A stretch of DNA of 64,000 nucleotides from Podarcis gaigeae. Its lineage: Eukaryota. A program made the translations under genes and the position numbers. A model generated the notes under the pieces. That model was not told where the DNA came from and made no database searches. It was given only the letters and a program-made list of their open reading frames with translations. The stretch lies in assembly GCA_964106915.2 (NCBI GenBank), contig OZ066920.1; one strand, written 5' to 3'. Numbering within the stretch: position 1 is the first letter of the stretch; every line of letters begins with the position of its first letter. Positions 38,338-50,612 of the stretch are shown here, in pieces.

Positions 38338-40758
38338 CATATCAGCTCTATCCATCTCAGAAATTAGGATATTGCCTCCATTGGCAGCCAAAGGTGCATC
38401 AGACTGAGTGTTGCATGAAACATTCCCTGCAGTTTGAAGATTGGGTGTTGGAAAGGTGAACTCCTGTACCCTGGACTCAGAAGATAAGCACAGCTGATAG
38501 GAATACGGCAATGTTCCTTCTTCATAGTTTGGTGGGAAAATGACCGTGTTATTTGAATGGGGAACAGGAGCAAAACACTGCAGGAATTTAGGGTTCCCTG
38601 ATCGCCGAATCTTCATGAGAATGGCCAGAATCACTGTCAGGAGGAATAAGAATGAAATCAAAGCTAAGGCCAGCACCAAGAAGAACTGCAGATCCGATTG
38701 ATACTCGGAGTCACTGGGCTGGTGGCTAATTTCCGGAAGTGCCTCCTGGAAGTTCTCAGCAAACACCAGGTTGAGACTCACAGTAGCAGATAGTGGTGGC
38801 TGCCCATTATCCTTGACTAAGATGATGAGCTTCTGCTTCACAGCATCTCTTTCCAGAAAAGCCCGTGAGGTCCTGATCTCCCCAGTATGGGAACCAATGG
38901 AGAACAGCCCAGGTTCTGTTGCCTGGAGCAGATAGTAGGAGAGCCAAGCGTTGTGTCCAGAGTCAGCATCCACAGCCACCACCTTGGTCACCAGATAACC
39001 CTCCTCTGCTGAGCGAGGCACCATCTCAAACAAGGAGGAGCCCTCTACTCCTTGAGAAGGGTAAAGAATCTGAGGGCTTTGGTCATTCTGGTCCAGAATA
39101 CACACTCTCACGGTCGCATTGCTGCTGAGGCGGGGGGAGCCTCCATCTTCGGCCCTCACCTCCACTTGAAACTCCCTGACTTGCTCATAGTCAAAGGAGC
39201 GCTGAGCATAGATAGTGCCAGTCTCAGAATTAATGGAGAGGAAGGACGAGAGAGGCAGCCCCTCAGTGATGCTGCTGCGAATGGAGTAGGTGATTTGAGT
39301 ATTCTGATCCACATCTGGGTCGGAGGCTTTGACCCTGAAAATGGAGGAGCCTGAAGGATTGTTCTCTGGGACATAGGCAGTATAATAGGGTTTCTCAAAG
39401 GCAGGGCAGTTGTCATTGATGTCTGAGATCTGCAGTGTGATGGTTTTGTATGTGGAAAGAGGGGGGTTGCCTTTGTCTGTGGCTGTGACTGTGATATTGT
39501 ACTCTGGAGTTCTTTCTCTGTCCAAGGGGGCATCTGTGAGAAGCTTATAATAATTATTGGAGGCTGATACCATTTTGAATGGCAAAGTGTGTTGTATGTC
39601 ACAAGCAATCTTCCCATTGTCTCCAGAGTCTCTATCATTTACATTGATAAGGGCTACCAGGGTGCCTACTGCAGAGTCTTCAGGGATGGGGCTGGATAAA
39701 GAGGCCAGAATCACTTCTGGCGCATTGTCATTCTCATCTAGGAGTGTTATTTGAACTTTACAGTGAGCCACTAATCCACCTCCATCTCTTGCTTCCACTG
39801 CCATTGCATATCCATCTGTTTCCTCAAAGTCCAGAACCTCCTTAACTATAATTTTTCCATCTTGTGAACCCAAGTGGAACTTCTGACGAGCACTTTCTGG
39901 GATGTTACTAAAACTATAGTTTATCTGGGCATTTGAACCTTCATCTCTATCTGTGGCTGTCACCTGGACCACAGAAGACCCTTTGGGGGCATTTTCTTTC
40001 AGCTTGACCGCGTATACTTTTTGAGTGAAGACTGGTGGGTTGTCATTTGCATCAATGACGGTGATCCAAATTTTGGCTGTTCCAGTTCTGGCAGGCTTCC
40101 CTCCATCCAGCGCCGTAAGGATTAATTGGAAACTGCCTTCACTTTCCCGATCCAACTGTTTATTCAACACTAATTCTGCATATTTCTTTCCGCCTTCTAT
40201 TTCTCTCACTTCCAGAATAAAGTATGGATTTGTGCTAAGGTTGTAATCCTGGAGAGAATTCGCCCCAAGATCAGGATCTTCAGCTTGTCCAAGGAGAAAT
40301 GTGGTGCCTTGTAAAGAGGATTCAATTATCTCCAGCTTGATATCCCCATTTACAAACTGTGGTGCATTATCATTAATGTCTTGGATCTCTACAGTTATAT
40401 GAAAAATATTCATAGGATTCTCAACCACCACTTCAAAATTGATGGAGCAGAATGCAGTTTGCCCACATAATTCCTCTCTATCAATCCTTTCCCTTACATA
40501 CAGATTTCCATTTTCTGCACTGAGAGTAAAGTATTGCTTTTTACCTAGGGAAAGGATACGCAGATTATCATTTCCTATTTTTCCATTATTCAGGCTCAGG
40601 TTTTTGGCTAGGTTTCCCACAATGGATCCCTTTTCCATTTCTTCAGGGATGGAATAATGAATGTGCTCTGAGGCAATCTGACCACACAGAGAGAATAGTA
40701 AGAGGAGAGGTACTTGCCTTCTTAGGGATCTGCTGTTTTCCTTCTGCCTATCTTCCAT
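38338..40758 (-). CDS. PCDHGB: Protocadherin gamma-B-like variable exon V7 (subtype Y)
   Basis: 828-aa ORF 38272..40758; donor ATG|GTGAGT at 38338/38337. Confidence 0.95.
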
Positions 40759-41034
40759 TCCTCTTGCAGGGATATGTGCTTTATCCTTGTTTTCTGTAAT
40801 CAGTTGAGCTGATGAGGCGTTTCACATTCCCATTAGGATGCAGAAGAGCTCAATAAAAGATGATAAAACAAGGCTGGCTGCTGCCAAATTTCTATATTTT
40901 GCAGTGGTTTTTGTTTCTCAGCAAAGCACTTTGGAAGTCCCTGTGTTCTGCTGTTTCCCAGCTCTGTGTGACTGAACAATCACATTGCAGAAGCAGCAAA
41001 TCACTGGATTTTCAGCTCCACTGTGAGAACTATG

Positions 41035-41076
41035 TTGGTCAACAGCGGCACTCTGAGTCTCAGATGAGGAACTGCA
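41035..41076 (-). promoter_or_regulatory. CSE/CTCF-type promoter element of V7 (CGCT core)
   Basis: ttggtcaacagcggcactctgagt...aggaactgca. Confidence 0.82.
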
Positions 41077-42358
41077 AGAGGTTTTGTCACAGATAACATG
41101 GAAGAGATTTGTTTTGTCATTTACATATTGATGTGTATCAATTTTCAGGAATATTTGGGTAAATAACATAGCTTTAGAAATTTGTTGATGTGTTTTATCT
41201 GTAGGATAGGCCACAACTCACCGGCATCCAAAAAGTAGTAGTAGAAAATAACCAGCAATAATACACTACACTACACACACACACACTTAATGTGGAATTT
41301 ATCCCACCTCCTCCCCCTTTCTTTACTTGTTTCAGAAAGATCAGGTAGGATATAAATGGGGAGAATAAAAAAATTACAGCACTCACCACATTTTCAAATT
41401 GAAATCTGTAACTTTCTCATCTGCTTGAGAAATGTTACCATTTGTGTAGAAATTTATTTTTTAAGTTCCTAGAATAGTTACACGTTAAGAGTAGAAAACC
41501 TGGATTTGCTGATAAAGTGCGCTTCACAGAAATTTGCAGCTCAAATCTGACATATGCCTTGAAATTGAAGTATGACTAACCTACTACCATTATTTACCGT
41601 TTGTGTAGTCTGAGTAGAACATAGTCTTCAAAAACCTCATAAATGTCCATTTACTGAGCTTTCCACTTTACAACAAGTTTGTCTATCAGGAACTCCATTT
41701 ACTGAGCTTTCCACTTTACAACAATTTTGTCAAGGATGATATCACTGAAAGAATTAGATTTCATCCTTGATCCCCCTTTAAAATACTAATAAGTGCAACT
41801 TCATAAACTGAATAGACAATGGTCAGAATGCTAAACTGTGGAGTGCTGGATAAAGTAGGGTGATATTGAAGTAGTAATTGTCAAGACATCATACCCTGCC
41901 ACTATGACAATCTACATGTTTAGAAAAAGCAAATGCTATGTGGGGGATCAACAGTTCATTTTTAAAAGGAAGTAGTTCTAGTTCATCCTGTCCAAAGAAG
42001 TTTGTAATTTTACAAAATAGTTCAGTTAAAGTTCATCCAAACAGTAACTTTTTAGTTCATAAAATAATCAGCTTGGCATTTCCCCCCACCCCTAGTATGC
42101 AGAATTCTACAAGCTGCTTTGCTTGCATGTATCCTAAAAGTAAACCAGCACCACACACAAATAATATGTAAAAGCCATCAGATAGCAACAGAGCTTGGAC
42201 AGCCTCTCCTAGTCAGGCTTGAGAACACTGGGCTGGATTCATAATTGACCCTTCCAACTCTACAATTCTACAGTTCTCTTAAATAGCTCCTTATATAGAG
42301 GAAAGATTAATGCAGACACAAAAGCAATGCTTATATTTGGGAAAGCCCTTAGCTTTCC

Positions 42359-42695
42359 ACGAGTGAAGCTGTGGGTTAAACCACAGAGCCTAGGACTTGC
42401 TGATCAGAAGGTCGGCAGTTCAAATCCCCGCGACGGGGTGAGCTCCCGTTGCTCAGTCCCTGCTCCTGCCAACCTAGCAGTTCAAAAGCACATCAACGTG
42501 CCAGTTGATAAATAGGTACCACTCCGGTGGGAAGGTAAACGGCATTACTGTGTGCTGCTCTGGTTCGCCAGAAGCGGCTTAGTCATGCTGGCCACAGCTG
42601 TACGCCGGCTCCTTTGGCCAATAAAGCGAGATGAGCACCACAACCCCAGAGTCATCCGTGACTGGACCTAATGGTCAGGGGTCCCTTTACCTTTA
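42359..42695 (+). mobile_element. Sauria SINE (POM-type)
   Basis: gctgtgggttaaaccacagagcctagg...ggtccctttacctttacc; flanked by ccttagctt repeats. Confidence 0.88.
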
Positions 42696-42779
42696 CCTTA
42701 GCTTCCTACAGATATGTTGACATCCAGGCACACCACAGCCTGGGGCACATTTAGATAAAGTGTGCATAGGACTGGAGTC

Positions 42780-43000
42780 AGAATTCACTGAATTCTACTC
42801 CAACCTAAACACCTCCCACAACTCACCCCAACAGGGAATCAAGAACCACCTGACAGGACTGCCCATGCCAACTATAACAGAAGACGAACAAGAGTTCATT
42901 GGACAGTCCTATCATCCCAGTGGAAATAGAGACTGTCCTCAAAACCAAAAAAATACATAAAGCCCCAGGCCTAGATGGTTTCACAACAAAATTCTAGAAT
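42780..43000 (+). mobile_element. L1-like ORF2 fragment
   Basis: aaagccccaggcctagatggtttcaca encodes KAPGLDGFT (L1 KAPGPDGFT motif). Confidence 0.55.
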
Positions 43001-43152
43001 TATTCTTCCAAAGAGAGGAGTTGGTTACTGACAGTCAAATTGCTTCTCACCCATATTATCATCATAGTCCTAAAAACACATGACTCATACACTTTATTTC
43101 TGAAACTTCACTTCAGAGACACAAGAATAATTCAGCTGGTCACCACAAGCTA

Positions 43153-43154
<2 letters not shown>

Positions 43155-43241
<87 letters not shown>

Positions 43242-43335
43242 AAAGACTTCTGCTCTCAGTAATATTATATACATCAATTACAAAGGAGAGAACTGATACA
43301 AATAAAGGCCAATTTACCATCTCCATTTCCCTGTA

Positions 43336-43399
<64 letters not shown>
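43155..43399. repeat. Compound microsatellites (CT)n(GT)n(GA)n and (CA)n(GA)n
   Basis: 43155-43238 and 43334-43399, direct reading. Confidence 0.95.
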
Positions 43400-43403
<4 letters not shown>

Positions 43404-43635
43404 AATGGCCATGGAGCTTGTGCTATTTTTCTAAAAAAAAAAAATTGTTAGCCTTCCATCCACTAAGAAAAGGTGGAAAAGGTGTTACTGATTTTGTAAC
43501 AGTATTGTGTGAATGCTGAGTAAAAAGAAGACAAACTATGGCAATTTCCACAAAAGCATGGAGGCATTCTGTATGGATTTTGCTCATTGAAAAACACCAT
43601 GGCTTACACAAATAATTCTGGATAACAATTCTTAC

Positions 43636-46056
43636 CTCTTCATCTTTATTCATCTCAGCTTGACAATTATTTTCTCCGTTGCCTGTAAAAGGCACAGCAG
43701 GTTTCTCACTGCCAAGAATATTGTCTACCATCTGAACACTGGGTGTCAGGAAGGTAAACTCATTCTTCCTGGACTCAGAAGACAGACACAACTGGTAGGA
43801 ATAGGGCAAAGTCCCATCTTCAAAGTTGGGTGGGAAGATGGCACCATTCTTGGAATGGGGAACAGGACCAAAGCACTGTAGGAACCTAGGATGCCCTGAT
43901 TGACGGAGCTTCATTGTAACGGCCAGAATCACAGTCAAGAGGAACAAGAAGGAGATCAAAGCTAAGGCCAGCACCAAGTAAAACTGCAGGTCAGTCTGAT
44001 ATTCCAAGATGCTGGGTTGGCTCTTCATTTCCGGAAGGGCCTCCTGAAAGTTCTCAGCAAACACCAGGTTCAGAGTAATGGTGGCCGAGAGAGACGGCTG
44101 CCCGTTATCCTTCACCATAATGACCAGTTTCTGTTTCACAGCATCTCTCTCCACAAAGGCCCTGGCTGTCCTGATCTCTCCAGTATGAGAACCAACCGTG
44201 AAGAGTGCCGGCTCAGTGGCCTGAGTCAGGTGGTAGGAGAGCCAGGCGTTGTGTCCAGAATCTGCATCCACAGCCACCACCTTGGTGACAAGATAATCTG
44301 CCTCGGCCGAACGAGGCACCATCTCAAACAAGGCTGAGCCCTTGGCTTCTTGTGAGGGGGACAGGATACGAGGGCTGTTATCATTCCTGTCAAGAACAAA
44401 CACCCTGACGCTCACATTGCTGCTGAGAGGGGGAGAACCCCCATCTTGGGCCTTCACTTGCAGCCGGAACTCTCTGAATTGTTCATAGTCAAAGGATCTC
44501 TGAGCATAGATGATGCCAGTCTCTGAATTAATGGAGATATAGGAGGAGATGGAAAGCTCCTCGATGTTGCTGTTGAGGATGGAGTATGTGATCCGTGAGT
44601 TCTGGTCCATATCGGGATCAGAGGCTTTGATGGTGAAAATGGAGGCACCTGAAGGATTGTTTTCTGGCACGTAGATGTTGTAGGATGGCTTCTGAAAGGT
44701 AGGGGCATTATCATTGATATCAGAAATCTGTAGAGAGATTGTTTTGTGTGTGGAAAGAGGCGGAGTTCCTTTATCAATTGCTGTGATTGTAAGATTATAT
44801 GCAGGAGTTCTTTCTCTGTCCAGGAGACTGTCTGTCTGGAGCTTGAAGTAATTGTTAGATGACGGAAGAACTTTGAAGGGTAAATCATCTTGTAGGTAGC
44901 AAGTAACCTTTCCATTATCTCCACTATCTCTGTCATTTACATTGATCAGAGCAATGACTGATCCTGACATAGAATCTTCCGGAACTGGGCTAAACATGGA
45001 GGCTAAAGTAACCTCTGGGGCATTATCATTCTCATCACGAACGCTTATTTCAACTTTGCAATGTGTCACTAATCCACCACCATCTTTGGCTGCTACTGAT
45101 ATAGTATATTCACTGATATCCTCAAAGTCCAATAACCCTATAAGTAGGATTGAGCCATTCAAGGGATCTATACTGAATTTCTTGTTGGCATTCTGTGGTA
45201 TATTAATAAAATAATACCTGATTTGGGCGTATGAACCTTCATCATTATCAGAAGCTGTAACCTGGAGCACAAGCGATCCAACTGCAACACTTTCCCTCAA
45301 ACTGACCTTGTAAACCTCTTGTGTGAAAACTGGGGGGTTGTCATTGGCATCTGTGACATTAATCCATATCTGGGCAGTCCCAGTTTTTCTAGGCTCACCC
45401 CCATCCAACGCTGTGAGGATCAAGTGAAGGGTCTGTTCGGTCTCTCGATCTAATGGTTTCTGCAGCACTAAATCTGCAAATTTATTTCCATCATGAGTCT
45501 CTTTAACATCCAGAGTAAAATATTGATTTGAGCTAAGGTGGTAATTCTGGAGAGAATTCATCCCAATGTCAGGATCTTCAGCTTTCCCAAGGAAAAACCG
45601 TGTTCCTAACAAAGTTAGTTCACTTGTTTCCAAGTTGATATTGCCACTGAGAAAAAATGGTGCATTGTCATTTATATCTTGAATTGTAATGGTCACATGA
45701 AAAATATTAAGGGGATTTTCCATTACCACCTCAAAATTAACAAGACAGAGTCGAGTTGTGCCACATATTTCCTCTCTGTCAATCCTGTCATTTACATAGA
45801 GATTTCCATTTTCTGCATTGATATTGAAATACTGCATTTTGTTCACAGAGACAGCATGCAGATTGCGCCTTCCTAGATCTCTGGCATTCAGTCCCAAATC
45901 CTCAGCAAGATTCCCCACAACCGAACCCTTTGGCTTCTCTTCAAGGATAGAATAACGAATCTGCTCTGAGGCAGCCCAGCCGGAGAAAGGCAAAAATAAG
46001 AGAAGCAGTACTTGCCTTCTGAGTGCCGTTCCATTGTTTTTGTTTCTTCTATCCAT
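43636..46056 (-). CDS. PCDHGB: Protocadherin gamma-B-like variable exon V8 (subtype X)
   Basis: ORF 43423..46056 (877 aa including intron read-through); donor GAG|GTAAGA at 43636/43635. Confidence 0.95.
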
Positions 46057-46313
46057 ACAGATCCCTGAGAAACAGCTGTCTCCTTTTTTCAGCTTGTAAT
46101 GATCAAATTATCATCTGATCACAAGGAATCTCCACAACAAAGACTAAGCTGGATTTCTGCCTAGGTAAATCAGTTCCTTCTTAAATTTTTACTGTCCTTT
46201 CCAGCAAAATTGCTTGGTTGGTGTGATCTGCTGTTACTGTACAGAAATGGTGAAACAATCCCTTTCTAGAAAACTATCCATGGGTCTCCTGCATCTTCTT
46301 TGTGGCTTCCACA

Positions 46314-46355
46314 CTGGCTGACACTGACATCCTGAGGCTCAGACAGAGAACTGCA
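46314..46355 (-). promoter_or_regulatory. Degenerate CSE/CTCF-type promoter element of V8
   Basis: ctggctgacactgacatcctgagg...gagaactgca; positionally homologous but the core reads CAGT instead of CGCT. Confidence 0.65.
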
Positions 46356-46825
46356 AGGGATTCTTTCTCATTCAACTTATAATTGAAAAGCAACCTGGGT
46401 ATGTTCATATTTTGGAGTGTCCAGGACAACCACAAATTGGAAGCATCCAGGAGAATTGTCTTTGGTCCTCCACCGTTTATGTTGTCAAATTACAGCTGCA
46501 TGTCAACATCCTTTTATCCATGTTATCAACTTTCAAAATAAAAAAAAGAATTGTCTTGTGGTGTCTTAAAGCAAATGTGGCACAAGTTTTCATGGACTAA
46601 AATAATGACTGTGATATTGCTGTTAGTTTAGTATGAAGAATTGGCACCCAAGTTAGTCCAAAAAGAACTGGCACCCAAACAAAATCCTGAGCTTGGCAGA
46701 GCAGAAATCAGAATGCAAGTATTATTATCCCACTTTTTTATTTTGAATTATGATTATGATTATTTCAACAAATAAGGTTTAAAGACTCTCTCAAGGTAAA
46801 TCTTTAAAAAATGTAGTATAAACAC

Positions 46826-47140
46826 CAACAACTAGGAAACACTGGCCTGCGAGTGCTTCAATTGGAGAACAGCCTTTACCAAAGGTGTCATGGGGTTTGA
46901 AGACACTTGAACACAGGACGAAAAGGAGAAATGAGCTAAGAGGAAGGCAGACTTGGCAAACCCTCACCATGATCAACTCCCACCCAGAAACCTGTGTCCC
47001 CACTGTGGAAGGATGTGTGGATCCAGAATTGGCCTCCACAGTGACTTACAGACTCACTGCTAAAACTATGTTTTGGAAGACAATCTAACTCAGCTACAAG
47101 TGATCGCCAAAGAAGAAGAAGAAGAAGAAGAAGAAGAAAG
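46826..47140 (+). mobile_element. RTE-clade LINE 3' end with (GAA)n tail
   Basis: tgtccccactgtggaaggatgtgtggatccagaattggcctccac encodes a CPHCGRMCGSRIGLH zinc-finger-like C-terminus; (GAA)n tail from ~47110. Confidence 0.65.
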
Positions 47141-47143
47141 AAG

Positions 47144-47518
47144 ATTATTATTATTATTCCACTCACTTGACTAGGTTGCCCCAGCCACTCTGGGTGACTT
47201 CTAAGAAGTTAAAACACAGTAAGACATCAAACATTAAAACATTCCCTATACAGGGCTACCTCCAGATGTCTTCTAAAAGTTGTTTATTTGTTTGACATCT
47301 GATGGGAGGGCATTCCACAGGGTGGGCATAACTACCGAGAAGGCCTTCTGCCTGGTTCCCTGTAATTTCATTTCTTGCAGCAAGGGAACTGCCAGAAGGC
47401 CCTTGTATCTATGTCTTGGTTGAATGATAGGGGTGGAGACGCTACTTCAGGTATGCAGAGCCAAAGCTTTAGGGCTTTAAAGGTCAGCGCCACACTTTGA
47501 ATTGTGCTCGGAAACGTA
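47144..47518 (-). mobile_element. L2/CR1-like LINE 3' fragment, tail-to-tail with the RTE fragment
   Basis: (TTA)n tail then ggagggcattccacagggtggg...gggctttaaaggtcagc; recognised from memory only. Confidence 0.5.
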
Positions 47519-48466
47519 ACAATAACATGCACATTTTTACTTATGTCTTATCAATATGGCTTCAATTTCACTTGGATCCCAGATGCAATTTCAAAACATT
47601 TCCAGTAATTTTTACCTACTCATAAATCTCCCACTCACCACTGCTTCTTTCTATGTTACACAAATAGCCTTTCTAAGATATCAGAATAATCTTATCCGAA
47701 GGCAAATGACTTCCCATGCCAAATCAAAATATTTGTTCCAATGAAACAAGTGCAAAAATTCAAATGTTTTCTTCTTCTTTTCGATGTTCAATGGCACTCA
47801 AACATTTCATTTATCTACTGCTCTCCTTATGCCGGAAAAGGCTGTACTAGGTGGCAGTGAGCTTGTTTGCAGGCTGCTAGTTCAAGAGCCTGGGAGACAC
47901 ACCTATGTTGACTATGATTATTAAAAAATTGCTTCAGTGTGGTTCACTTTGCAACAAAAGCAAGGAAGCTCCTGGAAGCCTTCCTGATGGAAATAGGTCA
48001 CCTCAAGTCATTTTGCACAGCTCACAGCTTGGGCAATGCAATGCCATCAAGCCAACATTTCAATCGGGTGCTCCTGAGGATATGGGTCCATTACTCAAGA
48101 GACTAACTTTAATCATGTTAACTGAAGAGTGACTACTGCTCTCCACAAAGGACAAACCTGGACCTGCCACCATCCTGCTATGAACTACAGAGATACACTT
48201 GGTATAGGAAAGGAAAGGCTGTTCAGAGATGTCACCTTCCTACATTCAATCAATTTTGGAATTTGTTATGAAGCTTTTGTCCAGAAATAAATAAAACCAG
48301 GCTTCTGAGGGCCCAGTTTGCAATAAGGTGGATTTTGAGAAGGGAGCAGAAGAACATATTGCTTCAAAGGAAGTGGGGGTGTCTTTCCTTGGAGGAGACC
48401 CAAGTGAGTGATGGACTGCCTCTGCTTTACTGCAATGGCTAATTGTTATCTTCTAGATTTAGTTAA

Positions 48467-48815
48467 GGGATGCGGGTGGAGCTGTGGGTTAAACCACAGA
48501 GCCTAGGACTTGCCGATCAGAAGGTCAGCTGTTCAAATCCCGGCAACGGGGTTAGCTCCCGTTGCTCGGTCCCAGCTCCTGCCAACCTAGCAGTTCAAAA
48601 GCACGTCAAAGTGTAAGTAAATAGGTACCACTCCTGCGGGAAGGTAAACGGCGTTTCCGTGCGCTGCTCTGGTTTCGCCAGAAGCGGTTTAGTCATGCTG
48701 GCCACATGACCCGGAAGCTGTACGCCTGCTCCCTCGGCCAGTAAAGTGAGATGAGCGCCACAACCCCAGAGTCGGCCACGACTGGACCTAATGGTCAGGG
48801 GTCCCTTTACCTTTA
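48467..48815 (+). mobile_element. Sauria SINE (POM-type) with 14-bp TSD
   Basis: Full length; ctagatttagttaa duplicated at 48453-48466 and 48816-48829. Confidence 0.9.
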
Positions 48816-49538
48816 CTAGATTTAGTTAAAAGTTTAAAAGAAGTAGTGATGCAGGTATATTCCTGGGCTATCTTGCTCAGAGTGAGGCAGTTCACCTTCC
48901 TCATAGGGAGGCATGGTGATGGGGTGGTTGCTCCAGAAAGCCCAACAAGAGCCTGGTGGTGGGTGGCATAGGCAGTGAGACAAGTGTGTGCAAGTTGGCA
49001 GTACTAATCTGGCTCTCATTTGGCTGACAAAATACATTTGTTTAAACACCTCAAATGCAACCTCAGCCATATTTGCTACCGTTATTTCTCCAATCACAAT
49101 CTGAAATATTCTGATTATATGAGGGGGGTATGCAGAAGCAAGGGGAAATAATACTGAGTTACTATTAAAACATTTGTGATGCACTTTTCACATTTAAAAT
49201 GAAGGCTGTAAAATTACTATTCATATTTATCTTACTTCCATCTGTACTATGTTTGAAAGGGGGAAACTCGTGGAAGGGTATAGATCGATCTTAGGGGATG
49301 GGAATTTGGATAAATTGGGTTATTGATGATGAGTGTAACTTGGGGATAAGAACTTGTTGAATTTAATTGCTTATTTGGAAGATTTGGAACACAAGAGGGG
49401 GTAGGGAGGGGAAGTCCTAGTTATTGGCAAAAAGTTTATAGATTGGATTTAATTTGTTTTGATTTGTTTTAATTTGGAAAACCTTAATAAAAATTATTAT
49501 AAATAAAATAAAATAAAATAAAATGAACTAAAAACATA

Positions 49539-49878
49539 GGGACGCGGGTGGTGCTGTGGGTTAAACCACAGAGCCCAGGGCTTCCTGATCAGAAGGGCAG
49601 CGGTTTGAATCCCCGCGACAGAGTGAGCTCCCATTGCTTGGTCCCTGCTCCTGCCAAACTAGCAGTTTGAAAGCATATCAAAGTGCAAGTAGATAAATAG
49701 GCGGGAAGGTAAATGGCGTTTCCGTGCGCTGCTCTGGTTTGCCAGAAGCAGCTTAGTCACGCTGGCCTCATGAACCGGAAGCTGTATGCCGGCTCCCTCG
49801 GCCAATAAAGCGAGATGAGCACTGCAACCCCAGAGTCGTCCACGACTGGACCTAATGTTCAGGGGTCCCTTTACCTTT
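49539..49878 (+). mobile_element. Sauria SINE (POM-type)
   Basis: Full length; aaacata on both flanks; inserted next to an (AAAAT)n tail. Confidence 0.88.
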
Positions 49879-50045
49879 AGAAACATAAAAGTACTATTAA
49901 AGCTGGTTATACCTTTGGTGAATCATTTTAGGTATTTCCTGAAACATTTTATTCTAAAATTAAGCCATGTAGTTGGGACCCTTCCCTCTAATTTTCACTG
50001 CCCTAAAGCAGAACAAAATATACAGCTTTCTGATGGTATAAGGTA

Positions 50046-50047
<2 letters not shown>

Positions 50048-50088
<41 letters not shown>
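50048..50088. repeat. (TC)n microsatellite
   Basis: Direct reading. Confidence 0.95.
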
Positions 50089-50091
<3 letters not shown>

Positions 50092-50612
50092 ATTCCTCCC
50101 CCTCTCTCATCCCACTCCTTATCTCTATCAAACACATTTTTCATTAAAGGTATGAAGTGGAAGAACAGAAGTTCATCAGTAAAATGAAGTAATGATAAAT
50201 TAGATAAAGGTTAGATGGCATACATAGCATTTTCTTTATGCCACACACATCCACATCCGATGAATGTGTTGAGGGGATGAAGAAAGATCATACTCATCTC
50301 CACAATTTCAGTTGAAGATCTGAACATCTACAAATAGGCCTGTACACATACCAATAGACGCTTCCATTTGCAAGATTTCTGATGACAAAGAAAAGGCCTA
50401 TTTGAGAACACCTGTACAGCATGTTCTGTACAGACATTCAGCTTCAAGTACACCTGTGAGGTTCAAGCAGAGGGGGTAGCTGCCCCATCTTCATGTGAAC
50501 TGAATGTTTATATGAAAAAACTCAGATAAATCAGCTTAAAATATACTAGTTGCCTATAGACATAAAGAGAATGCTTAAAATGTTAACCATGTACCGCTGA
50601 AAATAAACTCAC

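Noticed and set aside
43423-43635. Long C-terminal extension of the V8 ORF and shorter tails on other exons
   Set aside because: Read-through past consensus splice donors into intron; tails are not conserved between paralogs.
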